From Heptranchias perlo (Eukaryota): a stretch of DNA of 64,000 nucleotides. The translations under genes and the position numbers were made by a program. How positions within the stretch are numbered: the stretch's first letter is position 1; each line of letters begins with the position of its first letter. The notes under the pieces were generated by a model that saw only the letters and a program-made list of their open reading frames with translations, had not been told where the DNA came from and searched no databases. Below, in pieces: positions 13,318 to 24,764 of the stretch. Location of the stretch: assembly GCF_035084215.1 (NCBI RefSeq), contig NC_090338.1:59892001-59956000 (forward strand), given 5' to 3'.

Positions 13318-16300
13318 TGTATCATAGGAGGTTACAGCACGGAAGGAGGCCGTTCGGCCCATTGAGTCCGCGCCAGCTCTATGCATGAGCAATCCAGCTA
13401 GTGCCACTGCCCTGCCCTATCCCTGTAGCCATGCACATTTTTTAGTTTCAAGTACTTATCCAGTTCCCATTTGAAGGCCATGATTGAATCTGATTCCACC
13501 ACTTCTCGGACAGTGCATTCCAGATCCTTACCACTCGCTGTGTAAAAAAGTTTTTCCTCATATCACCTTTGCTTCTTTTGCCAATCACCTTAAATCTATG
13601 CCCTCTGGTTCTTGACCTTTCCGCCAATGGGGACAGTTTCTCTCTATCCACTCTGTCTAGACCCTTCATGATTTTGAACACATCTATCAAATCTCCTCGC
13701 AACCGTCTCTGATCCAAGGAGAACAACCCCAGCTTCTCCAGCCTATCCACGTAATTTAAGTCCCTCATCCCTTGAATCATTCTAGTAAATCTCCTCTGCA
13801 TCCTCTCTAAGGCATTCACATCCTTCCTAAAGTGCGGTGCCCAGAACTGGACACAATACTCCAGTTGTGGCTGAACTTGTTTTTTATAATGGTTCATCAT
13901 GACTTCCTTGCTTTTCTACTCTCTGCCTCTATTTATAAAGCCCAGGAGCCCAAATGCTTTTTTAACCGCTTTCTCAACCTGCCCTGCCACCTTCAAAGAT
14001 TTATGCACATACACCCCCAAATCACTCAGTTCCTCCACCCCTTTTACAATTGTGCACTCTAGTTTATATTGCCTCTCCTCATTTTTCCTACTGGAATGCA
14101 TCACCTCGCATTTTTCCGCGTTAAATTTCATCTGCCATGTGTCCGCCCATGCCACCAGAGAGTCTGCATCCTTTTGAAGACTGTCGCTATCCTCCTCACT
14201 GTTCACTACCCTTCCAAGTTTTGTGTCATCTGCAAATTTTGAAATTGTGCACTGTACTCACAAGTCCAAGTCATTAATATATATCAAGAAAAGCAGTGGT
14301 CCCAGCACCAACCCCTGGGGAACACCACTGCACACCTCCCTCCAGTCCGAGAAACAACCATTCACCACTACTCTCTGTTTCCTGTCATTTAGCCAATTCT
14401 GCATGCATGTTGCTATTGCCCCCTTTATTCCATGGGCCGCAATCTTAATAGCAAGCCTATCACGTGGCACTTTATCAAATGCTTTTGGAAAATCCATATA
14501 CACCACATCAACTACATTGCCCTCATCTACCCTCTCTGTTACCTCATCAAAAAACTCTTATCAAGTTGGTTAAACACGATTTGCCTTTAACAAATCTGTG
14601 CTGGCTTTCCCATTATCTATTTTAAGTACAGCTAACCTTTCCAGTACCTCTTCTTTCTCAATTTTTAGCCCATCCAGTATCTTAACTATACCTTCCTTTA
14701 CCGAGACTCTGGCAGCAGCATCTTTCTTGGTAAAGACCGATGCAAAGTACTCATTTAATACCTCAGCCCTGCCCACTGCCTCCATGAGTAGATCTCCTTT
14801 ATGGTCACTAATCGGCCCCAACCCTCCTCTTACTACCTGTTTACTGTTAACATGTCTGTAGAAGACATTTGGAATCCCTTTTATGTTGATCACCAGTCTA
14901 CACTCATACTCTCTCTTTGCCCCTCTTATTTCCTTTTTCACTTCCCCTCTGAACTTTCTATATTCTGCCTGGTTCTCACTTGTGTTATCAACCTGACACC
15001 TGTCACATGCCGCTTTTTTCCGCTTCATCTGATTCTCTATCTCCTTTGTCATCCAGGGAGCTCTGCCTTTAGTTGCCCTACCTTTCTCCCTCGTTGGAAT
15101 GTACTTTGTCTGTACCTGAATCATCTCCTCTTTAAAGGCCGCCCATTGTTCAATTACAGTTTTGCCTGCCAATCTATGATTCCAATTTACCCGGGCCAGA
15201 TCTGTTCTCATCCCACTGAAATTGACCCTTCTCAAATTTTTTTAAAAATTCGTTCATGAGATGTGGGCGTCACTGGCAAGGCCAGCATTTATTGCCCATC
15301 CCTAATTGCCCTTGACAAGGTGGTGGTGAGCCGCCTTCTTGAACCGCTGCAGTCCGTGTGGTGAAGGTTCTCCCATAATGCTGTTAGGTAGGGAGTTCCA
15401 GGATTTTGACCCAGCGACGATGAAGGAACGGCGATATATTTCCAAGTAGGGATGGTGTATGACTTGGAGGGGAACGTGCAGGTGGTGTTGTTCCCATGTG
15501 CCTGCTGCTCTTGTCCTTTTAGGTGGCAGAGGTCGCGGGTTTGGGAGGTGCTGTCGAAGAAGCCTTAGCAAGTTGCTGCAGTGCATCCTGTGGATGGTAC
15601 ACACTGCAGCCACAGTGCTCTGGTGGTGAAGGGAGTGAATGTTTAGGGTGGTGGATGGGGTGCCAATCAAGTGGGCTGCTTTGTCCTGGGTGGTGTTGAG
15701 CTTCTTGAGTGTTGTTGGAGCTGCACTCATCCAGGCAAGTGGAGAGTATTCCATCACACTCCTGACTTGTGCCTTGTAGATAGTGGAAAGGCTTTGGGGA
15801 GTCAGGAGTTGAGTCAGTCGCTGCAGAATACCCAGCCTCTGACCTGGTCTTGTAGCCACAGTATTTATGTGGCTGGTCCAGTTAAGTTTCTGGTCAATGG
15901 TGACCCCCGGGATGTTGATGGTGGGGGATTCGGTGATGGTAATGCCGTTGAATGTCAATTGTTGGAGATGGTTATTGCCTGGCACTTGTCTGGAGCAAAT
16001 TTAACTTGCCACTTATCAGCCCGAGCCTGGATGTTGTCCAGGTCTTGCTGCATGTGGGCTCGGACTGCTTCATTTTCTGAGGGGTTGCGAATGGAACTGA
16101 ACACTGTGCAATCATCAGCGAACATCCACTTTTCTGACCTTATGATGGAGGGAAGGTCATTGATGAAGCAGTTCCTCGGACACTGCCCTGAGGAACTCCT
16201 GCAGCAATGTCCTTGGGCTGAGATGATTGCCCTCCAACAACCACTACCATCTTCCTTTGTGCTTGGTTTGACTCCAGCCACTGGAGAGATTTCCCCCTGA

Positions 16301-17670
16301 CTCCCATTGACCTCAATTTTACTAGGGCTCCTTGATGCCACACTCGGTCAAATGCTGCCTTGATGTCAAGGGCAGTCACTCTCACCTCACCTCTGGAATT
16401 CAGCTCTTTTGCCCATGTTTGGACTAAGGTTGTAATGAGGTCTGGAGCCGAGTGGTCCTGGCGGAACCCAAACTGAGCATCGGTAAGCAGGTTATTGGTG
16501 AGGAAGTGCCACTTGATAGCACTGTCGACGACACCTTCCATCACTTTGCTGATGATTGAGAGTAGACTGATGGGGTGGTAATTGGCCGGATTGGATTTGT
16601 CCTGCTTTTTGTGGACAGGACATAACTGGGCAATTTTCCACATTGTCGGGTAGATGCCAGTGTTGTAGCTGTACTTGAACAGCTTGGCTAGAGGCGCAGC
16701 TAGTTCTGGAGCACAAGTCTTCAGCACTACAGCTGGGATGTTGTCAGGGCCCATAGCCTTTGCTGTATCCAGTGCACTCAGCCGTTTCTTGATAACACGT
16801 GGAGTGAATCGAATTGGCTGAAGACTGGCTTCTGTGATGGTGGGGATATCGGGAGGAGGCCAAGATGGATCATCCACTCGGCACTTCTGGCTGAAGATGG
16901 CTGCAAATGCTTCAGCCTTTTCGTGCAAAATTGAGTATTTTTATTTTAGAATGGACAGAGTCCTTTTCCATAGCTAGTCTAAACCTTATAATACTATCAT
17001 TGCTGCTCTCTAAATGCTTGACTCTTGTTCCACTTGGCCCACCTCATTTCCTAGAACCAAGTCCAACAATGCCTCTTTCCTTGTTGGGCCGGAACTTACT
17101 GGTTGAGAAAGTTATCCTTAACACATTTCAAAAATTCCTCCCCCTCTTTACCCCTTATATTATTACTAACCCAGTCTATATTAGGATAGTTGAAATCACC
17201 TGTTATCACTACTCTATGGCTTTTGCACCTCTCTGTAATTTCCCTGCAAATCTGCTCCTCTATATCCTTCCCACTAGTTGGTGGTCTATAGAATACACCC
17301 AGTAGTGTAATAGCACCTCTATTGTTCCTTAACTCTCGCCAAATAGATTCTGTCCTTGACCCCTCCAGGACATGTTCTCTCTCCAGCACGGCAATATTCT
17401 CCTTAATCAATACTGCCAACCCCTTCCTATCTTTCCTTCCCTATCTTTCCTGAACATCTTGTATCCAGGAATATTTAGTACCCAATTCTGCCCTTTTTTG
17501 AGCCAGGTCTCCGTTATTGCCACAACATCGTATTCCCATTTGGCTATTTGTGCCTGCAGTTCACCAACCTTGTTTACCATGCTTTATGCGTTCACATGCA
17601 CCGCAAACCAGTTTTGGACCTTCTTGTAATCTCTCTTGGTCTGACCCAATCTAACACCTTACTATTTTTG
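13318..17670 (-). mobile_element. Degenerate CR1 LINE ORF2 (EN-RT), interrupted by another LINE at about 15237-16925
   Basis: Endonuclease motifs (GVFYRPP, TGDFNYPNIDW) and RT motifs ([33 protein letters not shown]) in successive frameshifted ORFs. Confidence 0.9.
15237..16925 (-). mobile_element. Nested CR1-clade LINE (second family), 5'-truncated
   Basis: RT motifs AMGPDNIP, YHPISLLS, QFGFR, DIKAAFDRVWH, MFADD; family-specific 3' end at about 15240-15320. Confidence 0.9.
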
Positions 17671-17692
17671 TAGACCTCACTCAGAGCCTTAC

Positions 17693-18001
17693 CAACAGCT
17701 TTCCGTGCCAGCTGTCCCATGGACACGTGTTTCACCTCACACCAGTAAGTGCGGCCACTCTCCCATTCTGCTGTCGGCACGGTGAGTTGGCTCACAGTCC
17801 GGTAGGTGCCGTTACTGCCCAAAGCCACTGCAAACTGTGTCACTCCCGTATCCACTGTACCATTCTCATCTCTCCAGGTCACGGAAATATTAACGGGGTA
17901 AAAGTCTGACACCAAACAAGTCATTGTAACAGTTTGCCCTGCAGGGTCAGCGTCAAGTGGAGGAGAGATCAGATGGATCACAGGCTCCTGAATGGAACCA
18001 T
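17693..18001 (-). CDS. C1-set Ig domain exon 3
   Basis: TGTAG acceptor, TTG|GTAAGG donor (alternative phase-1 donor 12 nt further, exon end 17681). Motifs TMTCLVSDFYPVNISVTW and WESGRTYWCEVKH. Confidence 0.9.
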
Positions 18002-19180
18002 CTACAGCACAAACAGGAACATATAATTAGATAAGAACCCAAACAAATATTTACAGCTTCTTCACATGCATTACAGCAAATGTATTTACAGCACGTTAAC
18101 TGAATGCAGAGAGCAGTGAGTATCCTGGTAAAACAGCATCAATAATTCTGTAACAAAGCAGAATGAATGGCATTCAGACCTCTAGACACAGAATATGGTA
18201 AATGGTTAACATTAGGGCTCATTCTGGTACAACCTGATTACTCTAACAGCAGGTGAAACACTCAATGGTTCATAAACTGTTACAGCACAAGGTAGCAGAC
18301 ACAGGCATGGCTTCAAGACGTCGATCTAATATTAAAATCTACCTTACTTGAAATCAGTGTATTCGTGGATGACATTGCTATGATCCGTACAGCACTTCAT
18401 CCAGTGATCAGTACAGAATACCTTCCTCTATTATCAACACTTAACTGACCAATAATCAGTCACAACAACTATGTACAACAACAAATAATCCTCCAAAAGC
18501 TTCCTAACTTTGTTAACAATTATATCTGATAGAAATCTATTTCGTAGGAATGCTACTGCATTTTGTAAAACAATAGGAATCATCAACCTTTTATAAAGGC
18601 CTATGACCAAGGCCACTAGTTGAAGGCAACTGGATAACTAAATAAAAGGCCTAAGACTTTTTATTAACTTTGTTGTTAATAAAGATAACTTCTCAGAAAA
18701 CAGAAAAATAGCCATTAGCAATTTGTATCCATATTGCTCACACCATTTATTTACCTCTACTTCTTCACTAACATTAGCAAAGAGAGGAATATATGCCCCA
18801 CATGGACAAGAAGGTGAGGACGACAACAGGAGAAAGAGGTGAGAGGATTGCTCATTAGCTTTTTCTCATATCTTGTCTAGGAGTTCAAGAGAGGTGCTCA
18901 GAGTCTCCTCAGATATTCCAGTCTTGACAAGACTTGGGCTTTTTAGAGAGTGAGGACGTGTTGAGGGGAAAAGAAGTGTTTGGCAGGAAAGAGGAAACGG
19001 AAGTCCTTGGATGAAGCTTTGCCAATATCAAAATAAGACTTTGTGCATAATTTTAGGACATTCAATTTTAATTAGGATATATGCAGTATATAGTTAAAGA
19101 CAAGCTTTGCTACATCCGATTGACACAGAAACTAAAACTTGCAGAGCCGGTGATGTTGCAGGACACTGCAGTGTTCTTAT

Positions 19181-19495
19181 CATTTCTTTTCCTCAAACTG
19201 TGCCTCACAGAAGATGACAACAACACATGTTGAATCTCACAAGAACACACAGAGCCCATGTCCCAATCCTCTACAGCAACTGTTAACTCACTTCTGGAAC
19301 TATAGCTCCCATTTGTATTTAAAACTGATGGAAGTGTTTGCGTACTAGAGGCTGACTGATTGTTATTAACAAGCCGCCTAAAGGAAGTGCTTTCAGGATA
19401 AAATCCAACAGCCAGACACAAACCTGTTGCTGTCTTCTTCACATCAATCTCTTCAGAGGTTGTTGGCGAAACATAGATCAATGGTGGAATCGGGC
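19181..19495 (-). CDS. C1-set Ig domain exon 2 (degenerate donor)
   Basis: TTTAG acceptor. Motifs CLAVGFYPE, NGSYSSRSELTV, WDMGSVCSCEIQH. 315 nt to the expected phase-1 donor, which reads G|ATAAG. Core Trp codon is CGG (Arg). Confidence 0.8.
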
Positions 19496-19577
19496 CTAAA
19501 TGAATGGAGACGATTATTGTGCAGAATGGTGTTGTACAGATGATGAGGTGTTTGAACTTAGATAAGGGTGAAGAAAG

Positions 19578-19720
19578 AACTTGCATTTATACATCACATC
19601 TTTAGGGCATCCCAAAGTACTTCACAACCAATGAATTACTTTTGAAGTGTAGCCACTGTTGTTTACTAGCAAATCTGGATCTAATTTGCACACATTGAAG
19701 TCCCACAAACAGCAACGAGC
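19578..19720 (-). mobile_element. Deu-domain SINE 3' fragment
   Basis: Reverse complement of the SINE tail (ACTTGCATTTAT..TTTTGAAGTGTAG). Confidence 0.6.
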
Positions 19721-21170
19721 AGAATATCTAGTGAAATCTTCTTAAAAGAATAAATCTTATTTGTTTTGATAACTATTCATATATTAAAACAATATTTCTT
19801 AGATAGCTTCTATGTCATAGTTACATAGGAAGAGTTTCAGGCAGTTCGGTCCATCTAACTCACCTATCCACAGTATTCCCTCGCTGCATTTCTAATAACC
19901 CTGAATCCCATTTGTTGACAAGAACCTGTCTCATTTCTTCTTGAAACCCATTAATGTGCCTATAATCAATTCCACATACTTACCTCTCTAAGTACGAAAG
20001 TTCCTGCTGCATTTCCTTAAATTCTGTGCACAGCAGAAAAGCTTACTTGGATCCAATTTGTTCAAACCTTTCATAATTTTAAACATTGTTATAAGTTAGT
20101 AACATATTGCATTATAGTTATGGTGCAAGTGGATTATGTGAGTTAATAAATCATTTTTTGAGCTGCCATGGATGGGGCAAGTCTCTGGATGTATTTTCCA
20201 CTTTTTAAAATGGTTCGCACAAAGAACCAAAACTGTATTTATGGGAACAAGTTTTTCAGGTGTCAGAAATAGTTAAACAACACTTGGAAATAGCTGTGCT
20301 GCATAGTTTGGGATGGACGTTACAAGTTTGAAACAACAGGCCAATTGACCCTCAGTTTCTGGTCAGCACAGCTGTATTGGTGGAAAGCTCGGGGTAGAGT
20401 TTTCGCTTGTTTATGATAGTAACATCAATGGCATCCGGGCGGGATCAGCTGAACCAGCACAAAAGATCGGCCGATTTTAAACGTAAGTGAGTTATGCCCA
20501 AAACCACTTACATTCTTGTTTTCCATGATCTTTTGCACTGGTTCAAGATTCAATTCACCCAGATCAGGCCCCACCCACAAAACTGGCCACGCCTCCATGT
20601 CAAAATTGCGAGATTCCGCCGACTGCACTGGTTCGGGAAGCTCTTCAAATTGTGCTCATTTTCTTAGGCGCACAGGCACTAGTAAGCATGTTTTAAAAGT
20701 TTTTTCATATCAAAAAATATTTAATTTACTAAGAAACTGACTAGTGAACACCAATAAAACTATTAAATTGTTCAGTAATTATTTTTAAAAATCATTTTCA
20801 GTGATTTTAAATCAGGTTACTCACAGGTGGCAGGCTGGATACCTTTATTAAAAATGTTTATTTTTAGTGATAAACCCATTTTCAGCTGTATTAATAAAAC
20901 TGCACCAGGTTACCACTCTTAAATACTTCAAGGAATACTCTTTATTGGAAAGAAAAAAATGATTACATTCTATTACGCTGCCCAATTGCGCTGGTTCATG
21001 GGAGATTTTACTTTTGAGATTATGCAAATGAATTTTATCAGAAACTTGAACTATAACCCAGATATGGATCTTCTAGTTTACTGAGGTAATAGGTGGAAGA
21101 TGTAGTTCAAGGTGGATAAGAGTAAAGGTGGATAAGAGTAAAATCCACATTCAAGGTGGATAAGAGTAAA

Positions 21171-21270
21171 ATCCACATTCACCTGAGGAAGGAGGAAGCC
21201 TCCGAAAGCTTGTGAATTTCAAATAAAATTGCTGGACTATAACTTGGTGTTGTAAAATTGTTTACAATTG
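21171..21270 (+). mobile_element. Penelope-like element terminal fragment with hammerhead-ribozyme-like core
   Basis: CTGAGGA(21183)-A-GGAGG-AAG-CCTCC-GAAA(21204)-GCTTG. Near-identical to the arm at 31986-32071. Flanked by repeated GATAAGAGTAAA target sequence. Confidence 0.7.
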
Positions 21271-22129
21271 ATAAGAGTAAAGTAATTAGAATGGGAAGGA
21301 GAGACCAAAATAGGGACTATGTGCTACATGGAACATATGTGCAGTGTGTTGATCGGGAATGGATCTCGGGATTGTGTCACAGTGCTTAGCTGCAGCAAAG
21401 AAAGGCAAATAGAGTATAGATCAAAAGAGGTATTATTGCTGAATAAGGCATTGGTTAGATCCAGTCTGGAGCATGATGCACAATTTGGCTCTTGAGAAGG
21501 TACAGTGGTGTCAGCAATAAAGATGACTTCAGATACAAGGTTAAGGAAGTTATGAAGGGTATTGACAAAGCTGATCTAAGCAAACTGTCCACTGATATAC
21601 CAGTAGACATAAGTCAAAAATCAGGAAGTTAGGAGTAAATAGGGAAGTCAGGCAAAACCTTTTCACCCAAAAGGATAATGGATTGTAAATTCAGTAATTA
21701 CTAAGGAAGGTCATTAAAACAAACAATATAAATGGGTTTAATTAGAAATTTAAATGCATTTCTGGAACACAAAGGAATTGCGTTTTATGGTGAGATGGTT
21801 CGTGGGTGTGGTTTCTTTTTCAAAAAAGGGACATACTTGTTAGGCTATTGGTCTTTTCTTGTTCCTAAAAAAATGGTGGTCTTTTGACAAGCTGTTGAAG
21901 CTCTATCTCTCTCAGATTAGTCCTGTGCTTTGAACACTTTATTTTTATTACATTGATAAACATGTAACAACTCTGAACCAATAATGCGTACATTGACAAA
22001 CTAAAAGCATCATGAGTGCTGAGTTCACAGCCTGTTCCTTGTTATGGTAAATCAGTTAGACTTATTTAAAGGCCAGTTATGAATATGAGCGAGTAAGGGA
22101 TCTGAAATAAATCTCTTTAATTAACTCAC

Positions 22130-22447
22130 CATCTTTGCTGATCTCTCTTCTGATGGGAGAAGGCAGGACTTCATGTGAAACAACACAAGCGTAACGAAAC
22201 CCACTGACCCACTGAGATGTTGTCACTGCAAGCTCACTGATAATGGTGTAATTGTCATCCGATTCCATCAGCGTCCCTGAGTTTGTAATCCCTGAAGACA
22301 CCTGGGTGCTGCCAATGTACCAAGACACAGAAATACGCTTTGGGTAGAAACCCCTCACCACACAAGTAAGTTTGCTGCCAGTCTGCTGGGACATTTTCTC
22401 AGGCGATGGATAAAGGAGATCAACTGAAGGAGGTCTAAGTGAAATGG
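22130..22447 (-). CDS. C1-set Ig domain exon 1
   Basis: CTTAG acceptor, GATG|GTGAGT donor, 318 nt, phase 1-1. Motifs RPPSVDLLYPS, LTCVVRGFYPKRISVSW, WVSGFRYACVVSHEVL. Confidence 0.93.
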
Positions 22448-22667
22448 CTAAGATTAGAAGGCAAAGGACAAAGGCTTTAATTTCCTTCTATTGTGACACT
22501 AAAGACACATGGGCTTTTATTATTTCTTTGAGTGTAGCTACGTTATATTTTGCCACTACATTTTCTAACCCCTCTTTAGCACCTCTTTAAAATTAAGTCT
22601 AACTAAAGAGGACATTCAACCCACGGTGCCTCTACCAGCTGTCTGAAAGAGCTATAAACATAATTCT

Positions 22668-22750
22668 ATCTGTACCGAATTCATGCCATTGATTCTATCC
22701 CACTCCATCTGAACCAAGTTCATACCATTGACTCTGTCCCACTCCATCTG
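22668..22750 (-). repeat. Two copies of the 39-bp minisatellite unit in the V-C1 intron
   Basis: Reverse complement reads CAGATGGAGTGGGACAGAGTCAATGGTATGAACTTGGTT followed by a variant copy; same unit as the array at 47737-49718. Confidence 0.9.
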
Positions 22751-22896
22751 TATGTATTTCTCCTCAGCAATTTAATTCCCTCTTAGCTTTTTGTACACAA
22801 TCGCAAACACACCGGTTATGTTTACAGTTACGCTACAAATAGCGTGTGAAATATTTGAGATCAGTCACTATTTTCTACTAATGAATCTGCACTTAC

Positions 22897-23274
22897 CTGG
22901 TTTTACCGTCAGGGTAGTTGCACATCCGCACCAGTCAGCGGCGTTTTCAACAACATCCCCGCTCTGACAGTAATATCTGCTTGAATCCTTCAATGTCAAG
23001 TTGTTGATTTCTAAAACGAATTTTCTCCCATTAGACCAGTTCTTTGTTCCAGAAAATCGGGTTTCGATCCCTGACATACGAGTGAAGGATGTGGACCCTG
23101 GGCTCCAGGACACGAGCCATTTGATTGTAGTGCTTCCAGGAGGTACATAACCCCACGTTATATGGCGATCATCTTCATTTCTACTGGTCAGACAATCCAG
23201 GCTCACAGATTCTCCCTCTCGACTAATCACAGTTGTCTGAGAAATTTTCAGATTAGCGTTACATAAAACTGAAT
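22897..23274 (-). CDS. Germline-joined V+J (V-set) Ig domain exon
   Basis: TTCAG acceptor, CCAG|GTAAGT donor, 378 nt, phase 1-1. Motifs SVSLDC, ITWGY, RFSG, LEINNLTLKDSSRYYC and J-like CGCATTLTVKP in one exon. No RSS seen. Confidence 0.93.
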
Positions 23275-23363
23275 CTGAACAGAAAGGGAGACAGAAAATG
23301 TTCAGGTGAACTCCGACAGAGACAACGTGAAGAAAAACCAATACAGTGAGACTGGCTCCTTAC

Positions 23364-23409
23364 CCATTTGGATGGCAATCAGAATAAAGGCACTGATCAT
23401 CCCCTGCAT
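23364..23409 (-). CDS. Leader (signal peptide) exon MQGMISAFILIAIQM(D)
   Basis: 46 nt, ATG to G|GTAAGG phase-1 donor, 89-nt intron to the V exon: the split-leader layout of Ig/TCR V genes. Confidence 0.88.
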
Positions 23410-23600
23410 TCTCAGGCGGTTGGGCGGTTGTTGATGGTCTGACACTGCTGTACTGGGAAGTTCATGTGAAGTTTTGCTGTTGAGAGGAGGGTGGGTCATG
23501 TGTTCCCTTTTTGGCTGATCAGCATTTTGAGCAAAAGAAGGAACAGGTCGTGATGGAGCTGCTGTTCTGTGGTTCTGACCTACAAAACTCCAATCCACAT
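23410..23600 (-). promoter_or_regulatory. Putative proximal promoter/5' UTR shared with the paralog
   Basis: About 190 bp nearly identical to 44570-44759. Two CACATG E-boxes (23463-23468, 23497-23502). No ATGCAAAT octamer seen. Confidence 0.5.
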
Positions 23601-23619
23601 CATATGCAACTGTCAACCA

Positions 23620-24290
23620 GTAGCACCCTTACCTCTGCTTCAGAAGGTTGTAGGTTCAAGTCCCACTCCAAGAAAAAGTCTAGGCTAACACTTCAGTGCA
23701 GTACTGAAGGAGAGCTGCATTGTTGGAGGTGCTGTTTGTCAAATAGATATTAAACGGAGGTTCCAGTTGCCTGTTCATGGCATCGCCCCTCCCTATCTCT
23801 CTAACCTCCTCCAGCCATACAACTCTCCGAGAACTCTGTGTTCCTCCATTTCTGGCCTCTTGTGCATCCCTAATTTCCTTTGTCCCATCATTGGCAGCCA
23901 TGCCTTCAGCTGCCTAGGCCCTTAGCTCTAGAGTTCCCTCCCTAAACCTCTTCTCCTCCTTTAAGATGCTCCTTAAAACCTACCTTTTTGACCAAGCATT
24001 TGGCCACCTGTCCTTATGTCTCCTTCTTTGGCTCGGTGTCAATATCTTTGGCTGATTACGCTCCTGTGAAGTGCCTTGAGACGTTTTACTATGTTGTAGG
24101 TGATCTATAAACACAAGTTGTTGTTCACGTGGATGTAAAAGATCTCCCCATGTACTATTTGAAAAAGTGGAGAGAGTCCTTTTGGTATCCTGGCTAACAT
24201 TCTTCCCTTAATCAACCCCACAAAAAAAACAGTTTAACTGAGCATTCATTTGCTGTGCAGTATGACTGCTGTGTTCACCCATATAAGAGT
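23620..24290 (+). mobile_element. Deu-domain SINE interrupted by an L2 3' fragment (about 23776-24125)
   Basis: SINE head and core at 23620-23775 resume at about 24125 (GTTCACGTGGATGTAAAAGATC). The insert matches the L2 tail seen at 12820-13305. Confidence 0.7.
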
Positions 24291-24764
24291 GATGTCTATA
24301 TAAATGTAAATGTTTTATTTCTAATAAGCGCAAGCACTGTTATCACCACTGCGTCAACTGCATCAAAGCAAGCAGCAACACATGGGGTTAAGTTTCCTAG
24401 ATAAAATGAGTCTTTAGAGTGGACTATGCTGTGAGGTGTGAGCTCTCTGTCTTCCTCCAAACCCTCTGGTGGGGTCATCTAGCCTTATCTCCTTCAGTCC
24501 CATTACCTGGACAGCCACATCCAAAAGCCATTTGCTGTGAAACCTACTGTCACTCCATATAGCTCTGCTGTGCTTGGCACTGCCATAGCAAGCCCTCTGA
24601 ATGAAACCATGTTGGAACCCTGTCTGTTCAGATGCATGAAGCCCATGATCCTGCACCATGCTGTCAGCTGTCACAGAAGCTGGCTACATTGGATTTACAA
24701 AACTTCTGCTTCCTTGTCCAGCCTGACCTCCTCTTTGCTGTGCAGTCTGGCCATAACTGGCCAT

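Noticed and set aside
21378-21405. Possible 12-RSS (CACAGTG + 12 + AAAGAAAGG)
   Set aside because: Poor nonamer, lies in an old CR1 remnant within a C-C intron, not next to a V, D or J segment.
12291-23409. Assignment as IgM, IgW, IgNAR or TCR with a gene symbol
   Set aside because: TM lacks IgH and TCR signatures, there are no separate D/J segments or RSS, and FR2/J motifs are atypical. Naming it UrIg is not supportable without an alignment.
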